A stretch of DNA of 64,000 bases from Scyliorhinus canicula. Lineage: Eukaryota. The stretch is from the NCBI RefSeq assembly GCF_902713615.1, contig NW_024055490.1:62001-126000 (forward strand), read 5' to 3'. Under the pieces are notes generated by a model. The model searched no databases. It was given only the letters and a program-made list of their open reading frames with translations, and had not been told where the DNA came from. Below are positions 50,216 to 61,716 of this stretch, piece by piece. The position numbers and the translations under genes are program-made. Numbering within the stretch: position 1 is the first letter of the stretch; every line of letters begins with the position of its first letter.

Positions 50216-52779
50216 CTTCAGTGACTGATGAGACGGGATTCTGCTGTTATTGCTGCTGTTAATCACATAAAAGATTTCATAGAATTTCATAGAATTTACA
50301 GTGCAGAAGGAGGCCATTCGGCCCATCGAGTCTGCACCGGCTCTTGGAAAGAGCACCCTAGCCAAGGGCAACACCTCCACCCTATCCCCATAACCCAATC
50401 CAACACTAAGAGCAATTTTGGACACTAAGGGCAATTTAGCATGGCGAATTCACCTAACCTGCATATCTTTGGATTGTGGGAGGAAACCAGAGCACCCGGA
50501 GGAAACCCACGCACACACGGGGAGGATGTGCAGACTCCGCACAGACAGTGACCCAAGCCGGAATCGAACCTGGGACCCTGGAGCTGTGAAGCGATTGTGC
50601 TATCCACAATGCTACCGTGCTGCCCCTATTGATAGATTGATAGTCTTACAATATTTGGTTATGTCTGCTGACGTCAACAATCCCTATAACTGGCTGCAGT
50701 TTAATATTCTGGATTCGTCACTGATTTTTGGGGCTGCAGTGTCTCTTTTTTAAAACTTCTTTCCTCTTTATTCAAGATCTTTCCCAGGAACTCACTTGCA
50801 ATAGCGTTATGAACTTTTACTTTAATCTTAAATAGTTTTTGGTGCAAAATATATAATTCAGTTTCTGAAACATTTAACTGATCTCCAAGTGGAAAATGCT
50901 GATTAATCCTTGCTGACAATTCTTTCTGACTTACACATGCTTCACTGTGACACCACCATTATAAAATTAAATTATCAACATGAAATGAAACTTTAAAGTA
51001 TTTCACAGGCTCATGAATAAAAACTTAATCAATCTACATTGTTACTGATGAAGTTTGGAAGTCACTGAGTTGAATCATTTCTGACACAGCAGCAGCAAAA
51101 TTTGGTAAAGGTGAAACCCACAACAAAGACTTGTTTGAGACCCACTCAGCAGAGATGACATCTGTCGTTGAAGCAAAAACCAAAGCCGACCCGATGTCCA
51201 ACATAAACCCAAGAGCTAGAACAGTGCATCACTTGGGACTTGAACATTGCCAAGACCATTGTGTAAAAGATGGAGATGCTGTGCAAATAAACACTGGAGC
51301 AGCCTGCGTCAAGGAATCTGAAACCAAAGATAGTTTCATATTTATTTTGGTTTCAGATTCCAGCATCCACAGTAATTTGCTTTTGACAAGAAGTCTGAAC
51401 TGCCTTTGATTATGGATTTAAATTTTTTTTTAGAGTACCCAATACATTTTATCCAATTAAGGGGCAATTTAGCTAAGCCAATCCAGCTACCCTGCACATT
51501 TTTGGGTTGTGGGAGCGAAACCAAGACAAACGGGGAGAATGTGCAAACTCTCACGGACAGGAACCGGAGCTGGGATCTAACTGGAGCCGAGATCGAACCA
51601 GGGACCTCAGCGCCGTGAGGCAGCAGTGATAACCACTGCACCACCAGGCCACCCTGATTATGGAGTATGGTGAAGTTCTCACCACCAGATGTGAAGATGT
51701 CCTGCTGGGTTGAACACGACTGTGAGCTGTACCCCTGTGAGACGGACACCTCGCGGTCTCTGTTTGACTCTCCTGCAACTTCCTATCATGATTGAGTTGG
51801 ACAAGGAATCCTCATCACTTGAACTGGGAAAGGCTATTGATTGTTGAGAAATCAGAACCAACCTGGCAAGGATGGAATTCCAGCTGAACCGCTCAAATGC
51901 AGAAAGTTACATTGACTGTCACACCCTCATGACCTGCTCCTCCTCTGTTGTTCGGTTGTCAGTTGTTCCTCGTTTCGAGGATGACAGCTACTCAGGGTCA
52001 TATGTTTTCTCTTGTGGTCTTTCTGCGATTGGAGAAGGTGTTTCTCGACCCGCAGATGTTTGGCAGAGATCCCTCTCTACCACTCTCTGCCTCTTCATTG
52101 AGGTGTTGGAATTCAAATATAATAATAATAATCTTTATTATTGTCACAAGTAGGCTTACATTATCACTGCCATGAAGTTACTGTGAAAATTCCTGAGTCA
52201 CCACACTCCACCGCCTGTTCGTGTGAATTCAGAATGACCAATTCACCTAACAAGCAAGTCTTTCAGGGAGAATGTGCAGACGCTGCACAGATGGTAACCC
52301 AAGCGGGAATCGAACCCGGAACCCTGGCGTTGTGAGGCAACCGTGCTAACCACTGTGCTACCGTGCCACCCCAATGATGCCCCAATGATGCAGTTTGATA
52401 GGGCAGTACAGTGGCAAATGGAATTTAACCAGGAAAAGTGGTAGCTCTTGTCCAGAGTCCGTGCAGACATGATGTGCCCAGTGACTTCCATCTGTGCTGG
52501 ATCATTCTAGAAAACATTGAACATTCAGTATCACGAGTAAGAGGGAAGAAGATGGAGGAATTATTGATTCCGGGATTGAACCCAGCAACTGTTTGCATCT
52601 TCTGGGGAGGAGAGAGGAAGCACCCATGGGGAAAAAGCACCTTAAGATCTGCATTTTTCCACAGGAGAGCAGCATTCAATCATTTCGAGAAATGGAGAAT
52701 AGCAGAATACCCATTGACAATAATTTGCTTGATTATGTTTATCAATCGGTAACCAAGTTATTTTATTTTACTCTTGCAG

Positions 52780-53160
52780 TTTCAATGGTGCGACTCTTAC
52801 CCAACGTTCCCTGCGGCTGTGAAAGTGCCCTATTCACTCCACAGGAGCCCAGTGCGCAGACGCAATGCTGGGTTGTACCTGGAGCATGCGCAGTGTCACT
52901 TTGCTCGGAGGTCTGCGAATGCGGGAGCGGCTGTTTGGGGCGGTGAGAGTCGGTGAGGCGGAGGGAGGAATGGAGCCGGGAGTCGGGGCGGGGAGGGAGT
53001 GAAGGCTTCATAAACACCCCCTACTGCTCACGAGGCCGGTTTCAGACCCTGCAAATCCCGCGTTTGCAGCTGCGGAGCCTTTATCCGGTATCAGGCCCAG
53101 TTCCACGGCCGCCATCTTTGTTTAGCGGCGCGGCTGAGAGGCCATCTTGATGACGTAACA
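52780..53160. promoter_or_regulatory. Paralogous promoter cassette type B'
   Basis: Collinear with 34690-35090; GCATGCGCA 52884, GTGAG donors about 52944-52955, GGCCGCCATCTTT 53107. Confidence 0.65.
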
Positions 53161-54310
53161 GAGGCGGTGCTTCAGCATCCCTGTGACCAGGAGAGAAAAT
53201 CATTGTCTGGATGATTGACAGGCCCCTCCAGAGGGGAACGGTGCTGTTGCCATGTATGGCAATCCGAAGAACAGAAGAATAATAACATCAGAATTAGCAG
53301 CAGGGAACGGCCATGTGGCCTATTGAACCCTGCTCTGCAATTCAATAAAGGCATGGCTGATCCGCATGTACCCTTAATCACATTTTCCTGCCTTCCCCAA
53401 AAAACCTTTGACTCCCCAGTAGATAAAAAAAAGACTAACTCAGCTTCGAGTATATTCAGTGACCCAGCGCCACTACTCTCTGGGAAAGAGAATTCCAGAA
53501 ACTCAGCTTTGACAAAGAGTCATCCAGACTCAAAATGTTAGCTTCCCTTTCTCCCCACAGATACTGTCAGACCTGCTGAGATTGTCCAGTATTTTCTGTT
53601 TTTGTTCCAGATTCCAGCATCCGCAGCAATTTACTTTTATCCACATACTGATGACCCTCTGAGGGAAGACATTTCTCCTCACCTCAGTGTCAAATTGGAG
53701 AACTCTTATCTTTAAACTGTCCCCCTTAGTTCTTGAACCCCACGTGGGAAAATATTCTTTTATCAAAACCCCTCAGAATCTTAGACGTTTCCATAAGATC
53801 ACCTCTCATTCTTCTAAACTCCATCGGGTACAGACCAAACAGGCTCAATCTTGCTCCATAAAACAAACTCGCATCCCAGGAATCAGACTAATGAAACGTC
53901 ACTGAACTGTCTCCAAAGCAAGTAAAACCCTCATTAAGTAATCCTGGGACTGGCAACAAGGGGAAAGAATGTTTGGACCTTCTATCCTGGACTTGAAGAG
54001 TGATGGATTTTGGAAACTCCTTTTACCGGGGGTTAGAAGGGGAGGATTTACACCCAGCAAACTCAAACCAAGATAAAGGTTTGTCTGATCTTAATTTCTA
54101 ACCTCAACTAACATTTCTGACCAGTGTAATTTCTTTTTACAGGTGCTTCCAAAGCTTCTGATATCTTTCCAGCCGAAGGTTGCAGCAGATTGTAAACTTG
54201 AAAACACCAAAATTGTGACAAGAGGTGAGTATTATTATTATTTTGTATTATGAATTTAGAGTACCCAATTATTTGTTTCCAATTAAGGGGCAATTTAGCA
54301 TGGCCAATCC

Positions 54311-55195
54311 GAAGCTGGCACTCCCAGTGCAGACTTTGGTGTTGTGAGGATGTTGCTGTTGTGGAGAGTGGCTGCTGCTGCTGTTGCTGCTCTCTCTCTT
54401 TCTCTGTTGCTGTTCTCTCTCACTCTCTGTTGTTGCTGCTGTTGCTCAGTTTGCTGCCTGTTTCCGGTGCTGGTTGCTGCTGAGCTGCCTGGAGGAAGGA
54501 GTGGTGAGAGAAGGAAGGAGAGGGGAGAGAAGGACAACAACAAGGAGGCAACTTCAAAAACAAGGTGGGAGTAAAGCCCTTTGGACTACTTGTTTGCTGG
54601 GCCGAGGGCCCGGCCCAGTCCTCCCAACTGATAACATCTGCCTTCAGCAAGGACAAAACCTTCCTTATTCGATCCGGTGTGCTTGTTCCGGGTCAGGGGG
54701 ATCGAGTAGACAGTGTGTTTGCTGAGCCCCCTCCCGGACTGAAGGCTCCACATACCAGCAGGGAGGAGGTGGATTTCATTGGGTGGTTGTTCCAGGGTGG
54801 GAGCACGGACTGTGTTTTTGCCGAGTCCTACTTGGGCCAAAGACCTCGCGAACCAGCGCCACTTACCTCCTTGTGAACCTGCTCTGGGCCTGGCGAAGTG
54901 CGTCATTTATAGGTCCAAACTGTTTGCCCCTTTTCCACGGCTACATTTGCATTTGGGTGTCCCTAGAAAGGGAGCATGCGGTGTCCATGGGCACCATCAA
55001 AGCCTTCCATGCCCGGTGGGCACCGCAGGGGTTGGGGTGCTTTATTGACTCCTTTAAATACACTCCCATTAGATGTTTTTAAGTTTCTGCTGATCTTTGT
55101 TACGTTCGGGCAGTGCCCCTAACTGGAGCGGCCCTTTTTGCTTTGTCCCTAAGTTTGTTTCCTTTGTTCTATTTTGTTGGTGGACCTCAAAAGAG
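54311..55195 (+). mobile_element. Short Tx1-like (L1 clade) element with 10-bp TSD, inserted into a SINE core
   Basis: tggccaatcc at 54301-10 and 55196-205 splits a minus-strand SINE; 3' part translates LVNLL...LPLFHGYI..VSLEREHAVSMGT...RWAPQGL, resembling the Tx1 ORF2 C-terminus. Confidence 0.65.
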
Positions 55196-56099
55196 TGGCC
55201 AATCCACCGAGTCTGCACATCTTTGGGTTGTGGGGGTGAGACCCACGAAGACATGAGGAGAATGTGCAAACTCCACTTGGCAGTGACCCGGGGCCAGCAT
55301 CGAATCTGGGTCCTCAGCACTGTGAGGCGGCAGTGCTAACCATTCTTTGTCATGATATCTCCATTCCTATTTTATCACACATCTCCCAGTGACACTCATT
55401 GTAACCCAGAAACTTCAAAATATCATTGCTACCTTTTATCTTGCCCTCCTATTATTGTCTAATGATAACATTAACAGAGCAACACACACCAGAATTGGAA
55501 TATCAGATAGGTTGTTGTCTAATAATAATAGTGACTGAGTAACATACACCAGAATTGGAATAACAGGCAGGTTATTGTCTAATCATGACAGAGTTACGGG
55601 GGTGGCTCGGTAGTTAGCACTGTTGCCTCAAGCACCAGGTATCTGGGTTTGATTCCGACCTTGGGTCACTGTCTGTGTGGAGTTTGCACATTCTTCCTGT
55701 GGCTGCGAAGATTTCCTCCCACAGTCCAACGATGCGCAGGTTAGGTGGATTGGCTGTGATAAATTGTCCCTGGGTAGGGTTATGGGGTTAGGGTGGGGAT
55801 TGGCCAAGGTAGGGTGATCTTTCAGCGGGTCGATGCAGACCCGATGGGCCAAATGGCCTCCTTCAACGCTGTAGGGATTCTATGATTCTATATTGGATCC
55901 AATGATGTGTTCACTGACACACTGCAGCATGACTTATTGGAACAGACACAGTGTTTGTTACTCTCAAAATGAGTGAATCCTTTGCTGTTTCTCCATTGGG
56001 CCCCATCTCCACTATTATTGTCTGATTGTCCCACTGAGACTCTCACTGTTATTATTGGACAATCAGCGAGTCAGCCTGAGCCTGTGGCCGCTCTCACCA

Positions 56100-56640
56100 T
56101 CTGGAACCGTCACAATGCCCGGGTGATTGACGGCAGCTCCGGACCAATAGGAAGAGGAGGGGTGGGACTGGAGGATCGACCGGGAGCGGCTGGTCCTCCA
56201 ACCAATTGGAGTGAATGAGGGGCGCTGTGATTGAAGCATGTGCAGAGTGGGTAATGGCGAAGGAGAAGAGCGTCTTCAGGTCCAAAATTGGTGAGAGGCG
56301 TTTAACAACATGGAGGAGCACAGTAAGAAGTCTTACAACACCAGGTTAAAATCCAACAGATTTGTTTTATGAAACAAACCTGTTGGATTTTAACCTGGTG
56401 TTGTAAGACTTCTTACTGTGCTCACCCCAGTCCAACGCAGGCATCTCCACAACATGGAGGAAGCGAGAGATCGTGGGGGTGGGCGGAAACGTTGTGTAAA
56501 GCTGTTGTAAGTCGCAAACCTCGGGAAAAGCGTTTCCCGCACCCCGTTTGTACCGAGCGGAGCTACAGCTCCTCATGTTCGGCTCGGGTTAACAGCCGCA
56601 ATCTTTATTGGATGTGCATCAGGGCGCATGCGTGTTTGTC
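56100..56640. promoter_or_regulatory. Paralogous promoter cassette type A'
   Basis: Collinear with 20110-20720; YY1 core mutated (gccgcaatc) and minus-strand donor mutated. Confidence 0.65.
56317..56449. mobile_element. Second palindromic Penelope pLTR insertion with 11-bp TSD
   Basis: caacatggagg at 56306-16 and 56450-60; arms of about 52 bp; empty site at about 20530. Confidence 0.88.
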
Positions 56641-57259
56641 ATCTTTGTCGGGGCGATGTTTCAATGAGTGGGAGGAGCTTGTTCCCCATTGTTCAGAATG
56701 GAGACAACTTGTCCATCAAACTGGATTAGTCTTTGAGTTCCAATGTCTTATTGATGATGCAAAGCGGTGGCAGAGATGGAAAGAAAATGAAACCAATCCT
56801 GCTCTCCAGGTTTCACTGTCTCATTGGACATCCTGTCCCATGTGTCCAAAGCTCTGTGGCTCTGTTCAGCCACATGAAGACCCAGGGCAGAAACTCGAAA
56901 CCCTGAGTCAACATCACCCTCAAATCAAGGGACTGCTATGACAACGAGGGTCAGTGTTCAGCGAGGGGCATGAGCGGTCATCCTGGACCAGGGAACAGGA
57001 GGGGAGAATGTAGTGAATTTCTATCCTGGACTGACAGTGATTAATTTTGGAAACTCCTTTTCCAGGGGATTCGTAGGGGAGGATTTACACACAGCAAATT
57101 TAAACCAGGAGAAATGTTTATCTTTCCTGAATTTTATTTCTGGACTGACAGTGATGCCTTTGTAAACTTCTTTCACAGGGACTTAGAAAGGGATTCGCAG
57201 ACAGGAAACTCACAACCAATCCTCACATCAAATTCTGACACCACTGTTCGAGATCCATG

Positions 57260-59130
57260 TCAGGATCTTACCCTGAACACCATGGGCTCTTAACCTATTT
57301 AACAGTCTCCTGTGCGACACCTTGTCAAAGGCCTGGAAATCGAACTTCCTTGTTATCCCCTCAAAGAACTCTTCACAGATTTGTCAGACATGACCTTCCT
57401 TTGACAAATCCATGTTGACTCAGTCCTATTTTTTCATGCACTTCCAAGTATTCCACGATCTCACCTTTACTAATGGACTCTAAAATATTACCAATTACCG
57501 AATCAGGCTAACCGGCCTATAATTTCCCTTCTTAAACAACGGTGTTACATTTGCCACTTTCCAGTCCAGTGGGACCCTTCCTGCCTCCAGTGATTCCTGA
57601 AAGATCACCACCAATGCCTCCACAATCTCTTGAGCTATCTCTTTTAGAACCCTGGGGTGTAGTCCATCCGGTCCAGGTGATTTATCAACCTTCAGACCTT
57701 TCAGTTTACTGAGAACCTGCTCCTTAGTGATGGCCACTGCACTCACCTCTGCCCCCTGATTCTCCCGGAGTTCTGGCATTCCACTGGGGTATTCCACCGC
57801 GAAGACTGATACAAAGTAAGTATTCAGTTCCTCTGCCATTTCTTTGTGTCCTATTATTACTTTTCCTGCCACATTTCCCAGTGGTCCAATGTCTATTTTT
57901 GCCTCTCTCTTACCTTTATATATTGAAAGGTATATATATACCTTTTATATATTGAAAAATCTCTTCCTCTCTTCTTTCATATTACTAGGTAGCTTGCATT
58001 CATGAAATGAAAATTGCTTATTGTCACAAGTAGGCTTCAAATGAAGTTACAGTGAAAAGCCCCTAGTCGCCACATTCCTGCCCCTGGTCAAGGAGGCTGG
58101 TATAGCAATTGAACCATGCTGCTGGCCTGCCTTGGTCTGCTTTTAAAGTCAGCGATTTAGCCCTGTGCTTCTATTTCATTAGCCCATATTTCATCTTCTC
58201 TCCCCTTATTGCTTTTTTAGTTGTCTTCTGCTTGCTTTTAAAGGATTCCAAATCCTCTGGCTTCCCACTAATCCTCGCCACTTTGTATGCTTTTGCTTTT
58301 ATGCTGTCCTTGACATCCCTCGTCAACCATGGATGCCTTGCCCTCCCTTTAGCATGTTTTCAATTACTGGGGGGCATAGGTTGAAGGTGCGAGGGACAAG
58401 GTTGAGAGTAGATGTACGAGGGAAGTTTTATACACAGAAGAACTTGCTGCCGGAGGAGGTGGTGGAAGCAGGGACGATAGTGACATTTAAGGGCCATCTT
58501 GACAAATGCATGAATAGGATGGGAATAGAGGGATACGGACCCCGGAAGTGTAGAAGATTTTAGTTTAGACGGGTAGCATGGCCGGCGCAGGCTTGGAGGG
58601 CCGAAGAACCTGTTCCTGTGCTGTACTGTTCTTTGTTCCTCCTTGGGATGAATTTCCATAGTGTCTCAATCAAGTCTGCCTCATTACACATCACACATCA
58701 CCCCGTTCCCTATTAGGCTCTGTTAAAAGCTGTTCCAAAAAAACATCTCTTAGACCTTCCACAAATTACTTTTCCTGGGATCCACTACCAACCTGATTTT
58801 CCCAGCCCACCTGCATATTGAATTCCCCCTGGTTATTGTGATATTGCCTTTTTTACACGCTTTCTCTATCTCCTGATTTCTTATCTGTCCCACATCCTGA
58901 CTGCTGCTCGGAGGCTTGTACATAACTCCCATCAGGGTCTTTTTACCTTTGCGATTCCTCAACTCTACCCACAGAGATTCTCTGCCTTCAGATCCTATAT
59001 CTCTCCTTGCGGTCAATTTACTTAATTCCTTACTAACAATGCAACCCCGCCCCCTTTGCCCATCTGCCTTTTCTTTCGATTGGACACAGATCCTTGTATA
59101 TTTCGATCCTAGCCCTGATCTCCTTGCAGC
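57260..59130. mobile_element. CR1 LINE fragments (endonuclease, RT-linker and 3' end pieces)
   Basis: KSPGPDGLHPRVLKE, DWKVANVTPLFKKG, ESLWVELRNRKGKKTLMGV motifs. Confidence 0.8.
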
Positions 59131-59246
59131 CACGTCACTGTCGCGTGGATCTTCGCCCATAACCCAAAGGTGTACAGAGTAGGTGGATTGGCCAGGCTAA
59201 ATTGTCCCTTAATTGGAAAATAAAGAATTGGGCACTTTAATGCTTC

Positions 59247-61716
59247 TTTTTTATAAATAATTTTTATTCAGGTTTTCCCAAATTATCAACAACAAAAACA
59301 CAAAGAAATAAGAACAACCCCCCCCCCCCCCCCCCCCTGTATACACAAGTAATAAATTAACATAAATAATCAGCATAACGGCAAATATACACACACAATC
59401 AAGAGAAACAAACAAACCCTTACACAAGCCCCCCCAACCACCCCAAAATCCCCCACTGCCCCCCGGGTCGCTGCTGTTGCTGACCATCACCTAACGCTCC
59501 GCCAGGAAGTCTAGAAACTGTTGCCACCGCCGGAAGAACCCTTGCACCGACCCCCTTAAGGCAAATTTGACCGTCTCCAATTTAATAAACCCAGCCATAT
59601 CGCTTCTCCCACTGAAGAAGAATCCTTCGCCGGGCTACTAGGGACGCAAAGGCCAGAATACCGGCCTCTTTCGCCTCCTGCACTCCCGGCTCCTCTGCCA
59701 CCACAAATATTGCGAGCCCCCAGCCCGGCTCAACCCTGGAACCAACCATCCTTGACATCGTCTCTGCTACGCCCCTCCAAAGGTCCTCCAGCGCTGGGCA
59801 TGCCCAGAACATGTGGGTGTAGTTTGCTGGGCTCCCTGAGCACCTAACACATCTGTCCTCTCTCCCAAAGAACCGGCTCAGCCTTGCCCTGATCATGTGC
59901 ATCCTATGCAGCACCTTGAATTGTATTAAGCTGAGCCTCGCGCAAGAGGAGGAAGAATTCACCCTCCCCAGGGCATCCATCCACGTCCCCTCGTCGATCT
60001 CCTCACCCAACTCCTCCTCCCACTTACCCTTCAGCTCCTCCACCGATGCCTCCTCCTCCTCCTCCTGCATCACCTGATACTTTGCCGAGATGCTCCCCTC
60101 TCCAACCCACATCCCCGAAAGCACCCTGTCCTGGACCCTCCGTGGCGGCAACAGTGGGAACTCCACCACCTGCCGCCTAACAAACGCCCTTGCCTGCATA
60201 TACCTGAAGGTGTTCCCGGGGGGGGAGGCCGAACTTCCCCTCCAGCTCACCCAGGCTCGTGAACTTCCCATCCGCAAACAGGTCCCCCATTCTTCTAATA
60301 CCTGACCTGTGCCAATTCAGGAACCCTCTGTCCATCCTCCCCGGGACAAACCGGTGGTTCCCCCGTATCGGGGACCACACCGAGGCCCCCACCTCCCCCC
60401 CGTGCCGTCTCCATTGTTCCCAGATTTTCAGGGTAGCCGCCACCACCAAGCTCGTGGTATACCTCGTTGGAGGAAGCGGAAATGGCGCTGTCACCAGCGC
60501 CTCCAGGCTCGTGCCCACACAGGACGCCATCTCCAACATCTTCCATGCCATCCCTCCCCCTCCATCACCCACTTGCGTACCATCGCCACGTTGGCGGCCC
60601 AATAATACCCACAGAGGTTAGGCAATGCCAACCCCCCCCCCCCCCCCCCGTATCCCTGCTCTGCTCCAAGAACACCATTCTCACCCTCGGGGTCTTCTGC
60701 GCCCACACAAACCCCATAACGCTCCTGTTAACCCGTCTGAAGGCGGCTTTGGGGATTAGGATGGGGAGGCATTGGAACAGGAACAAAAACTTCGGGAGCA
60801 CCATCATTTTAACTGACTGCGCCCTACCCGCCAGCGAGAGTGGCAGCGCATCCACCTCTTAAACGCCTCCTCCATCTGCTCCACCCGCCTTGTGAAGTTA
60901 AGCTGATGCATGGCCCCCCAACTCCTAGCCACCTGGACCCCCAGGTACCTAAAACTCCTCTCCGGCCTTTTTAGCGGGAGCTCACCAATGCCCCTCTCCT
61001 GGTCCCCTTGGTGCACTACGAACAACTCGTTCTTCCCCATATTGAGCTTGTACCCGGAGAAATCCCCAAACTCCCTAAGGATCCTCATCACCTCCAGCAT
61101 TCCCCCACTGGGTCCGCCACATATAGCAACAGATCATCCGCATAAAGCGACACCTGATGCTCCTCCCCACCCTGCACTAACCCCCTCCACTTCCTCAACT
61201 CCCTCAACGCCATGGCCAGGGGTTCGATCGCCAGTGCAAAGAGCAGGGGGGACAGGGGACACCCCTGCCTCGTCCCCCGGTGCAGCCGGAAATACTCTGA
61301 CCTCCTTCTGTTCGTGGCCACACTCGCCATCGGGCCTCATATAGCAACCTCACCCACCTGACGAACCCCTCCCCAAACCCGCACCTTTTCAGCACCTCCC
61401 ACAGGTACCCCCATTCCACCTTATCAAAGGCCTTCTCCACATCCATCACCGCCACTATCTCCACTGCATCCACGCTGCCTGGTTCCCGCCCGCCGCCATC
61501 TTGGTCCTCCTCCCTCGCACCTTTCTTTGCTTAAATGTCACTTTGTTTAATCGCCCCACTCCTGGTCCAATCCATACAGTATTAGGGGAATGTTGCTGTC
61601 CCCTTCCCACACCGGGAAACATCGAACAAGCGCCGTTACGGGCCCTGAAAAGACCCCGTTGCTAGCGGGAGCTGCCGAACGTGCGACTTAGCTCCGCATA
61701 GCCGCAACCGGAAGTC
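59247..61716 (-). mobile_element. L1-clade LINE with a large internal deletion
   Basis: MDVEKAFDKVEW, RQGCPLSPLLFALAIEP, LYADDLL and SGYKLN motifs across frameshifts; aataaa/poly(A) end at 59247-70; GC-rich 5' segment 61470-61716; TSD-like tttaatg(c/g)tt(c/t) at 59236-46 and 61717-27. Confidence 0.85.

Noticed and set aside
54945-54952. Second octamer (ATTTGCAT)
   Set aside because: Lies inside the Tx1-like coding remnant, 36 kb from the Ig exons
29085-61716. Active reverse-transcriptase genes
   Set aside because: Every LINE and Penelope ORF is truncated or frameshifted
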